This document shows positions 1 to 14,450 of a stretch of DNA of 64,000 nt, one piece after another (the stretch's first letter is position 1; every line of letters starts with the position of its first letter). The notes beneath the pieces were generated by a model. That model worked only from the letters and a program-made list of their open reading frames with translations, was not told the DNA's origin and searched no databases. The DNA lies in the NCBI GenBank assembly GCA_017499595.2, contig CM038998.1, forward strand, positions 4,588,001 to 4,652,000. Reading direction: 5' to 3'. The stretch comes from Psilocybe cubensis. Lineage: Eukaryota. Made by a program: the position numbers and the translations under genes.

Positions 1-789
1 CCAGGAAAACGGAGTTCAGATATGTTGTTACTTAGGAATCACTCAGAGACGAGTACCGATTTTTAGACTGCACGACATATGTGGGTCGGGCGTCATGTAT
101 CCCTGTACTTGGGGCCGAGGGAACGACGTGAGGGTTGGAGCAACAGTTTTGACGTGAGTGAAGTATGCCTATACTTTTGTCAAGAAAAAAAAAATACGAA
201 CACCGATCTCTCCGACCTCTTGATGAACCATATGTTTTGCATTCTGAAAATACACTCAGGAAATTTCATTGCATTGGGGTGAAGAGACTCGACTGTTTCG
301 TTATTGTATCAAAATTCAGTATGGACCAGGTTGGGTCCTCTGCACCTGATGTCAGAGGCAATTGAAAAGCGGTGAAAACAACAAAGTTGCAAACGTCCGT
401 GGCAACGGAACCGCCGTTAGCAACGGAGTCAAACTCAAGGCACCATGCTGGCCTTCGCTAAAGAAATGAAGCTTGAAGCAAAGGCCCTTTCATTGACTCC
501 TGGAATAGTGTCATTTTGCTGATATCTCCCATGAAATCGAAATATGAACACGGAATGAAATGAGGTGGTGGAAAGGTAAATTTTTATTGACACGCTTGAT
601 GCTGAAAGTGGGCCGTATAGAAAGCAACAAGAAAGCTATTTTGCAAGTCGTCAAGGCCACTGACGAAGATAAATCTACTCAACAGCTTTGTTCCAGTCCA
701 TTGGAGAGTAAAAATTCGTCTGGTCCAGGAGTAATTGTATTGGGTCGAGAATGCCGTCCGTGGTGAAGCAAGAGTTGAGGAATCCTAGC

Positions 790-3008
790 TCAACTGAACG
801 TAGAATTGAGGAACATCAACAAATCCTGCCTGTTAACATCCCTCTCTCGATCGGTTTTGTCCTTCTTCACTTTAAGCTTGATCTATTCACCCAAAGAAAA
901 AAAAAAAGGTCAGAAAACATGCCCGTGGCATATCATAATTAACAAACGCGAAAGTGCGTACCCTTTTACCAGTCAAAACGCTGCGCCTCTCTTCATCTTT
1001 CTCCTTCTTCTCTTTCTTATGCTTCCTCTCCTTATCTTTTTCCTTATCCTTGCGCTTCCTTCTCTTGCGATCACGCGAATCCGAGCGGTCCCTTCGCTTG
1101 CGCTTATGCTTATCTTTCTCTCGTTCTTTCTCACCGTCCCTATCTCTGTGAGAATGCGAGTGAGAGTGCGAGCGGTGCCTTTTCGAGTGACTGCGGTGTC
1201 GCGATGAAGACCCATGGCGACGCGAATGCGAATGATCGTCCGACGATGAAGTCGAGGAAGACGAAGAGGAGGAAGATGAAGCCGAACGCGAGGAAACAGA
1301 CGCAGAGGAACGAGTGGGCGAGCGTCCCCGGCGATGCTCGTCCTTCTGCGGACGCGAGCTATCGCGGTAAGAAACTTCGTCGACGCGAGAACGGGAGTGC
1401 GAGTGAGACCGGCGTTCTCGTTCGTTGCTCCTGTCACGACGGCGGTGACGACCTTGGTCACCCTCGCGCTCATGTTCGGAGGGGGTAATCATTCCTTCTG
1501 CCTATGTATACATGCGTACAGGAGTTAGAGTGCATTTAACGTACACCTTCGAAGATTAGCGTCCCTTAATTATTTGTGAATCTATGAACACGTACCATGT
1601 CCCTGTGATTCTTGGAGTATGAAATATGTCGGTCATCTTCTTCATTATAATTTCCTCTTCGATATGAATGGGAATGGGAATGAGTGGAACTCTGATATAT
1701 GGTTTACGTGTCAGCAATACGCTTAAACATAAAAAGTCTACTTACTTCGTGACGATAACGATGCCTCGATAAAGAGTGTTCCTCTTCCCTTCTTTCCTTG
1801 GCCTGACCACCACGTGTTTCTTCTTCAACATCCTGGTATTCTTTTCGACTGCGATGTCGATCATGATTGTGCTCTTGACCTATAGAATGCGGTTCCTCCC
1901 GGTGCATGTCTCGATGGCGCACTGGTGACGACCTGTGTATATGCTTGCGGCCCGAAGAGTCTATATCACGCGTATGTGAAGAATCTCGAGGGAAATCCGT
2001 TTCCTTTCCTCTGACACATCTATCTTCTTCTCCCTTGTTGTTATACTGTGATTCCTCTTGCGCATGGCGGCTTGAGAAATGCTAAAACAGAGTAAAAACC
2101 AGTTTTAATGAGAAGTTGCGTCGTTTTAGAAACATAGAAGTAGAGCCCACCTCTGATTTATGATCATCTCGACGCGAATGGTGAGAATGATGATGATTCC
2201 GTGTACGTGAGCGACTGCGCTCGTGTTTTGGTTTCTGATCGTGGTCGTGGTCCCGGTCCCGGTCACGCCATGACGTGGCCACAGCATCTCGCGAACCTCG
2301 AGAGGAAGACGAATACAAGTAGGACTCCTTCTCCCTGGAATGCTGGTGACGGCTTTGGTAGTCCCTCCGCCTCTCTCGTTCAGGATTCGCCGTGAGATCT
2401 GAGGCGTTCAGCGCATCCTGGCGATGGTCTTCGAATTGCCCGAGACGCGTGTCTTCTCATACACATGGGTAAGGAGCAAGCCCAGAGCAAATGATGGGGG
2501 CCATTTCAGCCAAAACGGGTGGACGTTGGCACCCAGCGAATCGGGATACGGGTCGTGTGCGTTCGTTTAGGAGTTGCATGAGGATGAGGCTAAGAATGAG
2601 CAACGTTCGGGTCAGCCAAAATGGAGAGCATACTTACCACTACCAGAATGTGAGGTTTTGTGATATCCGCGGTCCTTCGTCGAGTTCTTGTCCGAATTGT
2701 GGAGGTTGTCCATCGAGGACTTGTCGTGGAACAATTGCAAATTTAAAATAACTGCTGGGCTGGGCACCCTGGATCTGCTTCGAGCGGAGATTCAGTCGGA
2801 ACTTCAAATGGCCCCTGTCTGCATCTTTTTTTTTTTCCTGCTGGAGTTTCCCTATAGTCTTTGCACAAACATTTCTCAATTGAGGATTTTCATCGGGGAA
2901 CCCTCAGAATCTAGAATTAAAGGTGACCATCTCGATTTACAATACGTTCAGTTCATTTATAGCGTGTTTTTCGGTTACCAGCTTAGTCGTCGGCCGTGTT
3001 TTGCTCAT
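790..3008 (-). CDS. Multi-exon Arg/Ser/His-rich low-complexity protein (likely nuclear); 5' end uncertain
   Basis: Minus-strand RS/RD/H-rich ORFs (2082-2318, 1704-1922, 887-1492) are separated by GT..AG introns. The last exon splices RRSVLTGKR to IKLKVKKDKTDRERDVNRQDLLMFLNSTFS*, with the stop at 790-792. The ATG at 3008 is tentative; I could not resolve the 5' exons. Confidence 0.55.
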
Positions 3009-4071
3009 CGCGTTACGGTTGGTTTGCTTTGTATGTGTTCGAGTTCTTAATCTTTGTGGAGGTGTTGCGGAAAGGATAGTAAATGGATACCAATAACCAA
3101 TAAACCTATCAGCACCCCTAAGCAATATGCATGTGTCGAGGAAGATTATGAACGGTGAGATTGCCACCCACCATAATTATCGTCATTTCAGGGTCCTCTT
3201 ATAGACTAACCGACGCAACTATTAGCAATGTGATTCGAAGACCTCCTTCTTAGCGCCCACGAGGCTCAACAATGTTTAGGAATGGTGATGCGCTTTCGCC
3301 AATTTTCGATTTTTCTCAGCCATCAAAACATTCCCGTGCGCGTCCGATGGGCAAGGACAGGAGGACACGCGCTCTGTGCAAGCCGTCATACTGTCTAATG
3401 CAGGCATTGACTACGTACGGCGGCCTTTGGTAGTTTATCGTTGCTTGATCCCCGACCGATTTGCCTGTTGACACACCTGCTTAAAAAGCTCGTTGCTCCT
3501 GCGGAATCTTGACACCGTGTCTGTGTACATGGACCATTATTTTTATCCAGTCTTCTGCTTAAACATTTTAACAGAATCAATCCCTTCAATATCTACGGCA
3601 GCTCGATATTCGGTACACCGTGTTTTATTGCCTGTTTAGGCCTTTTTGGGATCCGTAAAGTCGTGTGGGGCCCCCGATTTCTGTCCAGTAAATGCGCTGC
3701 CGGAACTTGTCTTAGTTGCTCTTCCGAGTCTTGTCCCACCCCCGATTTATTTCCTGTTCAGTGTCCCTTATCATCACTAATAGCAATACCTAAACATGAC
3801 GTCCGCTTCCAGCGTACGCAGAACCACGGCTTCCACGCGTGACCGGCCATATATCCATATTTCCCATTCATTCTCCCTCGATACAAAAGGGTCTTTTCGT
3901 GTACGGATCTTCCCTCTTCATCGTCTGGTTATCTCTAGGCTCCATTCCACACAATACCCCCGTCGTCTTCACTTCAGACCACGATAACCTTCACCTTCAC
4001 TATCACTATTGTCCATTGTCGCTCTCTCTCTCTCTAACTGTATACGACCCCTCTCCCAGCGTTCAACCACG

Positions 4072-6516
4072 ATGTCGCTGGTACAGATAGCTATGCAACC
4101 CCAAACCATCGCGATGGCGGCATTGTGCTTGACCCTCCTCGCATTCATCCACCATCGACTGACGCGCTCTTCAAAACTGCCTCTTCCACCAGGTCCTCCG
4201 GGGAACTTGATCTTTGGCAATTCTATACCTAAAGCTTTGTACGTGCATCACATATTCGTTCAGTCCTGAGACCATTCTTACTGTTAGACTATATCTGTTC
4301 ACCACTTTCACCACAAAATGCTCCAATATTCCCCAATATAACCCATACCCCGCTCCCCGCATTCCACGTGCGCATGTCATGTACTATTTTTTTCGCTTCA
4401 CATAGCGCCTACCGACACTTTGAAACTTGGACCCAAGAATACGGGCCCGTCTTCACACTTCGCCAAGGATTCAACACTATCATTGTCATAGGGCGCATGC
4501 AAGCCGCTATTGATATACTAGAGAAAGAGGGGGCCGCGACCGTCGATCGGCCGCTGAGCATCGCTGCAGGGGAGACGCTTTCCGGGGGGATGAGGATGTT
4601 ACTGACTCCAGCCGGGGAACGGTTCAAAAAGATGCGCAGGTGCGTTGATATGCCCGAAGAGCTTCCATTTCCGACCTGAGATTCTAAAGCTACCGTTTCA
4701 TTGCGTTTGTAGGGCCCTTCATGCCCACCTCCAACCTAAGATTGTTTCGAATTACGCACCTACGTTAATGCGCAATGCAAAGCAGCACATCATGGACATT
4801 ATAGACGAGCCTCACCGGCACCAAGATCACGCTAAACGGTACGTGTATTGTATTATAACTCATTGTCGACATGTCTCACAATTTGAATCATCATTCATCC
4901 CACAACGCTATATCTTACATCGATCTTACATCATACCCTCTGCCACCTACCACACAACTGTGATGGAAACAACGCGTTCACTTTCGGATATGAATATATC
5001 AGATATTCCGCTGCTGTAGTTATGGCGCTTGCGTATGGAAAACAGGCCAAATCTTACGAAGATCCCGATATTCAAGCTGTCAACCGCTGCCTGACGCGAC
5101 TGGGTAATAACCTGCGTCCTGGAATGTGGAAGGTCGATGCCTATCCATTTTTGAGGTCCGTATGACGTCCATTTTAATCTCACGTCAATTTGAGAAAAGG
5201 CTGACCCGTCGTGGAATGCCGAATAGATACGTGCCAGGGTACCTCAAGGAGCTCCAAGACGGTCACAAAGAGGAGCTGAACTTATTCAAGAGTCAGATAT
5301 ATGAAGTTAAAATGAAAATGGTGCATATCTATCACTTCTGTTGTCTTATAAACTTTCGCTTATTCATTACATTAATAGGAACGCGGAGAAGAGGTTTTGC
5401 CTTCGTTTGGCAAGTATCTCCTGGAGAGACAGAAGGAGCTCGACCTCTCGGATGACGAGATGGCATACCTGGCGGGAAGCATGTTCGGTGCTGGGTCAGA
5501 CACAACCGCGTCGGCGATCAGTGTCACAGTACTGGCAGCTGCATGCCATCCCGAAGCCCACAAACGTGTTCAAGAAGAGCTAGACGCCGTTGTTGGAAGG
5601 TCACGGCGTAAGTCTTTTTAACGCTTTCATTTCATGCTTTTTTGCTTTTTGGAATTTTATGAATAACCTCACATATTCTTTTACTAACTTTGTTTCTGTC
5701 GTTCTCAGCACCAACGATTGCGGATCAGGAGATGCTTCCTCAGACAATGGCATTCGTACTGGAGTCGGTTAGATGGCGACCTGTTAGCGCTGGAGGTGTG
5801 TAATATATCCCCCTCATTTAGTTACGACTTTCTGACCCATTTCACGTATAAGGGTTTGCGCACAAGGCAATCAAAGACATAGTTTGGGTTTGTGCAATTC
5901 TTAATTTGAGCTTCAGCAAAAACACTTATCTAATGCTTTCACAGGGGAACTACGTGATTCCAAAAGGCGCGAGCGTTATTGGAAATGTTTGGTATGCCTT
6001 GTTTGACGCTTGAAATAATTTTGCGTGATCTTATTGGTCTTGCAACTGTAAAGGTCTGTTGGACGTGATCCAGAGTTTTTCCCTGATCCCGAAACATTCA
6101 ATCCACAGAGGTGGTTGACAGAGGGAGGAAAGCTGAGGGACGATCTGAAATCCTATTCGTTCGGCTTCGGTAGACGGTAAGTATTCCATTCTGCCCAAGC
6201 ACACAAATGTTCTGACCACAATTAATGTAGGGTATGCCCAGGGCAGCACATGGCTACTGTGTAAGTTATCCGGACCCAACTGTAAATTTTCTATAGGCTG
6301 ACCTTTCCTCTCCTCGTATGCAGATCGATATTTGTGAACGCAGCTCTAATACAGTGGGCGTTTAAAATTTCCTCCGACCCCTCCTCCCCGATTGATCCAT
6401 TGGCGTTCACCGAGTCCGCCAACACTCACCCATTGCCTTTCAAAGTCATTTTTGAACCCCGCATCGCGAGCTCAATGGAGGCTACGAAGGAGCTATTTGA
6501 AGATTATGGTCTTTGA
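4072..6516 (+). CDS. Cytochrome P450 monooxygenase (multi-exon)
   Basis: N-terminal membrane anchor followed by LPLPPGPPG; I-helix AGSDTT; K-helix ESVR (ExxR); FNPQRW; heme motif FGFGRRVCPG split by an intron. Many GT-AG introns; stop at 6516. Confidence 0.95.
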
Positions 6517-7327
6517 GTTCCCCCGGTACCATCCCCCATTCCTGATGCTCGGGTTTTTCGTTGCCTGGTTTGTACCTCGCTGAACTGATTTTGATGTCTG
6601 TGACGCTATATTGTGCATCTTTTTGTGGATCGCAGTAATGCAGATCCCAGTTGTATTTCTATCTAGATGGACCTATTAATACCAGAATACCAGTAATTAA
6701 CCAGAAGCGTACCTTAATTTCATTCGCAGTTTTTTACGCACAATGCGGGAACATTGAGATAATTATTTCTTCGATTGGATGCCAATGTACTTCGGAATTG
6801 TAATGAACGCGGAGTAATTGGTGAGCAGGCTGACCTGTTGGCCAGACAAATACGTGAATACCTGAGCGCAGCGGAATACAAAGTGCGGCGCAATAGGAGA
6901 TTCTTCCCCTCCTGTCGCCGCCTGTCTTAACATTGCTGGCATGATAAATAAGCTGGCGGGCAATAATGAAACACTCCATACGTATTTCTGACAATTCATT
7001 TTGTGTACAGTAGTACATATGAACAACAGAAAGCAATGCCTACATACAAATTCTTCCAACATATGCAAAAGAAATTCAATGAAAGAAAACTACTAAAGAT
7101 GCACGTCTAGCGCTTAGAGAAAAATAAAATAAAATCAAAGCAATAAAACACGCTTTCTGACAAAGTGCCGTGGTGGCAGATTGTTCTCCAGGATGCGGGG
7201 GTATCATGATTAGTGCCACAATCAATCAATCAGGAGTTGAAGCTGAGTTGAAGTGTTTGAGTGTCGTTTCTTGCAGGACCTGATGCAGATGGACCGAAAC
7301 AAATGGACGCAGTTAAGACGATTTCGA

Positions 7328-8813
7328 TCAATCGAGCCGTGTCCTAGCGCGTTGTCCCGGCTGGTTCTGGGCAGAATAATATCCACTGCTGTTCCCCGCG
7401 TTATGCTGCAGTAGCTGCGAAGGTGGGATATACCCACCCGTACCGCCGTATCCCTGGGCAGGTTGGACCTGCGGTGCAGCGTAGATGTCGCTCTCTCGCG
7501 AGTCAGTGTATCCCTGTCCGTATCCAGCGCCTTGCCCGATGCCCTGGCCGTATCCGTAGCCCGGTCCAGCGGACGGTGGGCCAGGGTTCACAGCGTATGC
7601 GAGGTCCGACGATTCGTAGTAATCCGGTCCGGGTGTGGGAGGCATGTACCCTGCCGGTGCTGGTGTGTAACCTTGGCTGCCATATCCTGGTGTCTGAGCT
7701 TGAGAGTAGCCCTGAGTGTAGGCAGTTTGGGGTTGTCCATAAGTTGAGACGCTGAGCGACGATGCGGTGTCGTTGCGCGTCATCATAGGTGCGCGGGGAG
7801 GGGTGGGTGTGAAAGGCTCGGTCGTCTGAGGAGGAGGTGCCGATGAGGGAGTAGCTGCTGCCTCAAGCGGCCGGTTCCAATCTACAATTACGATAAGACC
7901 GTAGTTAGCACAATGTCAAGAAATCCGCTAGAAGAGTTAACTCACAACTTTGTGATCCTGCAGCCTTGTAATCTAAGAATGAGTGACGCCGCTGACGTTT
8001 TCGGTTCCAGTAAAATAGACCAAACACGAGGAACGCTAACACAACGATCCCAGCAATCACCCCGCCGACAATAGCACCCGCGTTCGACTTTTTAGCAGCG
8101 CCGACATCTCCTGCGTTGTTGTTAGCACTGTCTGCAATAGTCGACGCCGAGGGTGGGGGTGGGGTTGAAGTCACAGTGATTGTGTTTGTTTGGAATTCAG
8201 AGGTGGTAGAGCTTGCGGTGGTACTGGTCGAGCTTACGGACGAAGAAGAAGAAGAAGAGGAGGAGGATGACACAGAAGTTGACGACGCAGTTGTACTACT
8301 GCTCGTCGATGACCCTGGGATAGCTGAAGAAAGCGTAGGTAACCCGCCAGTCACTGTCGAATCGGGATCTGCGTCCAAAACAAATAAAAAATCAAGGAAG
8401 AACGGGTCAGTCGCAGCAAGTTTGTTGGTTATGGTCAAGGTATGAGTCCCGTCAGACATCGAAGGCGACTGGAAGAACAGCTGGCTATATTGAGGCTTGG
8501 CCGCCTGTGTGGGCGTGAACTGGACCTCTGAGCCGCCATCGATGCTGTATCCCGACACAGGGGGAACTGACCGGCGTTGTTTCGCACTGATGGTTCCATA
8601 CACCCCAATGCCTGTACCTATTGCAATTTTTCATTTCATAGCCCGGTTGGTTTATAAATGTGGTGGCGCACCTCGGAACGTCACTTTAGCTGTTGTACCA
8701 GCAACGATGCTCCAAGTGGTCGTTCTATTAAATTCCAAAGACGACCCAGCCTTATTCCAACCAATCGAATAGTCAATCGAAGGATCCCTATCATCAAGCA
8801 CAGAGAGGCCCAT
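7328..8813 (-). CDS. Single-pass membrane protein: N-terminal beta-rich domain, Ser/Thr stalk, TM helix, Gly/Tyr/Gln-rich tail (Mid2/Wsc-like architecture)
   Basis: Exon 1 reads MGLSVLDDRDPSIDYSIGW...VTFRG, then YSIDGG...HTLTITN...FFLDF, a poly-S/T stalk, TM GAIVGGVIAGIVVLAFLVFGLFYW and basic NRKRQRR. Last exon contains ORF 7328-7786. Confidence 0.8.
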
Positions 8814-9432
8814 GTCGACAACGCGCGTTCAAGAAACGAGAAAAGACAGATAGGAATGTGCACAGAGACCTTAAAGGAATGGCGGGATAGGAAAGTACAT
8901 CAGGGTGGGAGGAGAAGAGCGTGTATTGTTTTGATTTTTGTTACTCGTCAAAAGTACAGTATGGCAGCGTAAAACCGTTGCTATGTTCCGCAAAGCTGCC
9001 GAAATCATCTTGGCGCATCGGAAATAGACGGCTTCTACTTTTGCCGGCCAGTCCCAAATGAACTCTGAAGCAAAGCGTCGTTGTATAGACTCGAAATCTT
9101 CTTCATTGCGACGATTAGTGTTCAGTTTTTGGAGGGAAAAAAGTATATTAAACCGCTGAAGTGGGAATTGGTTTGATTTACTGATCCGACTGATGTGTAC
9201 AACATTATTAGTATTACTACACGACGAAGAACAAGTTGGATTTTGAACAGACATTCTGATATGTACAAAAAGATTTCCGAGTATTATTACACGACGAAGC
9301 AAACTGGAACCGTAAGTTGGATTTTAAGCAGATACTGAATAGACGAGCAAAGGTGTACGATATGTACAGAACTGTAAAGTAATCTTCCTGAAACAAACGG
9401 TGAAATATAGGAAGATTCAGAAACGGTTCAGA

Positions 9433-10140
9433 TCAAAGATCCAATCCCATCATTGACCGGCCAGCTGCAGCGATAGATGCAACACTGCTATTGAAGGAGC
9501 GAGGATCAGGACCACGTCGAAGGTTCAGGCCATGACGTGAGGCAGATTTCATATTATAAATGCTGTTCGGCAACGGCTTTCCCATCCTTCAGTAAAAGCG
9601 CATGATCAACCACATGAACAAAATCAAGAAATAATTAAACGCACCTGCAGAAATCGCACGTACAGGGCTTCGATCCTGTCCCATGATGGTCGCATCCCCA
9701 GTCCATCCCTGCGTCCGTTCCACAGCACGTCCACCTAAATCCCTGTGGCCAATGTTTGTGCAGAGTCGCCTCGTCACTTCCATATTTCACCTCGAATTTA
9801 CGTTTGAGGGCATCGGATTCCTCAGCCAAGCAGCCACCCCAGCCGGTGCCTTCTTCTGGGCACGGCCAAGTTATAAGCTCCAGTTTTCCCTCGTGTAGAG
9901 ACCCGTCGCGGCACTTGCGAAATTTATCATACCATTGGAGTGTCTTGCCGCATGCACGTCTATGAGTAGGCCAGTCCTCTCTCTGACATGTGGTTCCTAG
10001 AAAAAATCACATATTGCGCAATGTCGTATCATTTAGAACTTACCGCAGTACAGACGGCTGTGACACTTTGAACAGCGCTGAATGGCCGTATTGGAGTCCG
10101 CCTTGGTGTGGCAGACAGAACATGCAAGCTCATTTACCAT
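9433..10140 (-). CDS. MYND-type zinc finger protein with a Cys/His-rich C-terminal domain
   Basis: Three-exon spliced reading gives CSVC...RCSKCHSRLYCGTTCQREDWPTHRRAC (MYND pattern), then FRWTCCG...GCDHHG...PCTCDFCR. Confidence 0.85.
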
Positions 10141-11350
10141 TGTGACTGTATAAGTACTGATAAGAAAGAAGATAAGAAAGAAAGAAAGAACTTAACATAT
10201 ACGGAAATTTTGAAATAGCATAGATCGTCGTCACAAAATTTCAAAATACCAACACGTGGGTGCTGTCAATTTCATACCATTAAGGTTCCCTAGATGTTGC
10301 ATACATTTAGGGAGGCAGACAGACGCCCAATTCTTCTGTTGCGTATGACGAGCCGGCGCTTAACTTACCACAACTTTCCGTCGGAGAAGGACGATATCTC
10401 CAAGTAGAAGGAGTGGAGAAGGAGTGGGCATATTCTCCCGACGAGTCCACATCCATCAATTGGTCACACCGTTCACTCCCCATGGATTAAAGGATAAGAT
10501 GAGAATGGGCACAGGGCCTCATAGATAGATAACCACCTTCAATATGATCTAACTAGTCTCTGAAGAAGTGACGAATGCTGAGAAGGCTCGTGTTAGGCGC
10601 CGCAACGCAAGCCCTACGGCGTACGCTGCCAAAGCCTTACCACTTTCTCATCTCTTTCTGGCCGTAAATTGCTTTATTTGTGCATGTAGCGTCGCTCTAG
10701 GGTGAGCAGAAACTGAGCAGAAGAGTGTGATATCTTTTTACAAATTTTTTGTCGTCAAACATTGATCGGACTTCGGACTATGAAATACCTGAAGCGGAGC
10801 TCAAAGAAGCTGAGTCAGAAAAAAGTTGTATGCTTACGCAACTTCCTGGTACCACCAACGCCCAACTTGCTCCTTTACCTTTGCGGCTATTTTGTGTTAC
10901 TTGATACCTCTATAAAATCGCAAAAGCTATTTATTTGGATTGACACTTCTCGGGGTACGTGTTTAACAGATACGTGTTCTTATCAATTTCCATAGTGCCA
11001 GGCCCACATATATCGCATCATCCGTACAAATACGAGTTGACCGATACTTGGGACCCTGAACTGGCGTATAATATTCTCATGAAGATGTTCTCAACCTGAT
11101 TGACATTACCTTAACAATACAGACAACTTGTATATCTGATTCGGTGTGACTCGACATGACCATCAAGTGCCCACGAACACAGCATTGCATACGCCATCCG
11201 CGCTGTTTACAGGGACTTCTCTGCCTAGTTTGACAGTGCGCCCAGTCACGCACTATGTTCCCATATCCATCTATACTGAATGACTCCTCACTGGAATGAT
11301 ACATATATGAGGTACCATGACGAGTCCAAACCCCATCTCCTCCGGCAACA

Positions 11351-13871
11351 ATGCACCGTCGTTTTTCCTCCCTCGTCAAGAACCCTCCTGGTGGATCGTC
11401 TTCTCGTACAAATGAGATAACGATTGAGGACGATGGCGAATCCAAGGTTTCCACCATCGTTCGTGAGGAACCGCTCCCCCCCGTCTCGCTGAAGGTCAAG
11501 CGGGTCGACTTTTACTACAGCCGATGGACCAAGTCATGGAAATATCGGGTGTGTATTTTCAGAGAGAATTGTTGTATTAGGCTCATGTATTGAGGTACCT
11601 ATCTGCAGAACACAAGCTCGAAGGTTACGGTAGAGACCATCCCCATCATGCAGGGTGCCAGCAATGATGCGTGGAAGGAGTTTTGTTTTGTGTGAGTGGT
11701 CAATCGTTCACTCTGTTCGATTATTATCTCGCTAATGGGAGGGTTTCTTCAGTATCGTTCGTACTATGCCGAGGCGCGAGAACTTTGATCCTACTTTCAA
11801 GGTGGTTATAAAGAGCGAATACCTTCTAAAAGCATGTAAAGATGTTATTAAATCGTGGCCCGGTATATCCTGGAACTCTGATCCTCTCGAGGTAAGTGTC
11901 TAAAGTGCAATCATTAACACTATTTCTTACAAGACCTTGTTAGCTCGATCCCGAAATTTTTATAACCTTCCAACCCAAATTTCTGGAATATGCTTCCGAG
12001 CTCGCGGCCAAAAAGGCTCGAACCCATGAGGAGAACAACGTCCTCGCCTCCGTGAATCTGCTCACGGAGACCATCGCCTCTGACTATCGAGTGACGATGG
12101 CAACGATCGAACGGCTCATCCAACACGGGGAGATCACATTCGACTTGCTCTACGCCATTCTTGTCCCAAGAGACTTGATGGTGACAAAGTGTCCTATTAC
12201 CGGTTCCCCGAGGCTCTTCCAGCTGACTTCGTGGATCCGCACGTCAATTGAAGGCAAGCCTATGTATCAGCTCAACCTTGAGAGCGTCGATCTCGTCGAT
12301 AGGCAGATTACCCACAGTGTAGTGGTTGGCAGGGTTCAGACCACAGTGTATCTCAAACCGATGCGTGGAACTGTAAAGATCGACACTTTGGATGCTTATC
12401 CCATGAAATTCCATTCGGATCCCCAGGGCCTGAAAGAAACCATCTTGAAAAGAGGTCAAAAGTGGGTTAGTCTAATTGGGGTGCATCATAAGCAGTTCGA
12501 TGGTATCGCTGCTTTGAAGGCAGGTGACAAATTGTTGAAACATAATGTTCGTTGATTCTGCGTTCCCATCCATTTCTATGACTCAAGATTTCTTTAGGTG
12601 CGAAGCAGAATCATGATCGATAGGGCCACTTTCCGTCGACTGAACGCTAACTACGCTGTTCCTAACCCAGTACCACCAAAGACAGAAGAAAATATTCATA
12701 TACCCGGCTTTGGTCAACAATATGATCGTTACGGAAATCCGATACCAGAGGCGGCTCCACCTGTCAATCCCCCAGGTATGTATTTGTGAATATAGCATTG
12801 TTACACATCGACATGACTTACGATTACCATGATGGTAGAACATCTCGTACAGCTTTCGTCGAGCGATTCTACCGCTGATGTTGAATTAAATGAGCAAGAC
12901 CTTCTACTGACGCCAACCGTCGTCTTTGGCTTCAGTCTCTCGGACAAGATGTGGCGTGCGTTTTGAATTCTCACTTTCGGACACAGCATTTATTGAAATT
13001 TTGGGTTAATTTTATAGTTGAATTCGACGTCGACAAGATCAAAGATGTTGACTGGAGCGAGGATGCATTTTCAAATCTTGTCCTCCCAGGTGACCGAAAG
13101 AACCTTCTCCAATCACTTGTTGAAGCCCACCACAAGGAAGTTGGCTTCGACGACTTCATCAAGGGGAAAGGACATGGTCTCGTCATAAATCTCTTCGGTC
13201 CTCCGGGTGTTGGGAAGACGTTCTCTGCTGAAGCTACGAGCGAACATGTTCGAAGACCGTTGTATGTTATCGGAGGCGGAGATCTTGGAACATCCGCTGC
13301 AGCTCTAGACGTCTCTTTAGAGAGAATCTTTGACGTGGCCACTGCCTGGAAGGCAATCGTTCTCATTGACGAAGCCGATGTATTCCTTGAGCAAAGGTCA
13401 CTACACGACTTGGAGCGGAATGCAATGGTTGCCATTTTGTACGTTCATCTCGGTGTTTTTTTTACTTCGAGTCTAAATGCTTGCCTTAGCCTTCGCCATG
13501 TGGAATATTATCGCGGTATTTTGTTCCTCACGACAAATCGCGTAAAGGCATTTGACGAGGCTTTCCTCTCCCGGATACACGTCGCGTTGCACTTCCGCGA
13601 GCTCACACAGGAATCAAAGGAGCAAGTCTGGACCGCATTTATCAAGAAGATGGGACCAGCTGCAAGTGGAATCACAAAAGAACAAATCACAGAGCTCGCG
13701 AAAAGAGGTATTAATGGAAGGCAAATAAAGAATGCCGCGAGAACCGCGCACTCTCTCGCTGTTGCAAAGGGAGAAAGTGTCTGCTTTGAGCATTTGATTA
13801 TGACTCTTGATGCGCTCGACGAGTTTACGAAAGAGTTTGAAAAGAGAAATCAATTTAACATGTACGCCTAG
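11351..13871 (+). CDS. Fungal AAA+ ATPase with a long N-terminal domain
   Basis: Walker A GPPGVGKT, Walker B IVLIDEAD, sensor FLTTNR, DEAFLSRIH and INGRQIKN; GT-AG introns. Confidence 0.92.
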
Positions 13872-14450
13872 TCAGATATTATCAGAGTTTTGTATTTCTA
13901 TCAATGATATTATTTCTACCTTTTCCATTTATAAAATGAGCCATTGGACCAACCTCAAGTTTGAAGATTTCAGATTCCAAGATTTCATTTCGTTGTTGGT
14001 TGATCGGCACTACGGCATATCCCAATTGACCCCCATCCTTCGGCTTGATTGCTTTGTGCGCCTTGATCACACTTTGCTTTCTTGCAGTCACGTCGCATTT
14101 GATCTCACTACGCCAGCGTCTTTTGTATCAACCCACATAGAACCAGCGACTACCACCGAGCAGCTTCACTGGTTTCAACTCCTGAAAGCTGATGGCCATT
14201 GGCCTGTGGCTATCGAAAGTGCTCTGGCTTGCCGAGGGGGTACAGTACACCGCTTGCATGTGGTCAAGCCAAGCCAAACCTCTCATGAGCCTGCATCATC
14301 GTTGCCAATGACTCACCAATCATGAGGTTGTTCAATGTCTTGGCTTTTCCTTTGCAACGCAAATTGTGAACAATTTGCTCGAAGATCGAACACAACGCAG
14401 CCTCGTTGGCCATGCACAATCATCACTAGCTCAACATTACCGTTACTTTC

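Noticed and set aside
806-1488. Hydrophobic plus-strand ORFs resembling membrane proteins (and similar antisense ORFs at 8116, 12971, 27750 and 53029)
   Set aside because: They are antisense shadows of low-complexity or well-supported genes on the other strand.
4072-6516. P450 as part of a secondary-metabolite cluster (e.g. psilocybin or terpene)
   Set aside because: No synthase, decarboxylase, kinase or methyltransferase gene is visible nearby.
13439-13489. Apparent 17-aa insertion after Walker B in the AAA ATPase ORF
   Set aside because: It is a stop-free, in-frame GTACGT..TAG intron. Removing it restores VAIFLRHVEYY.
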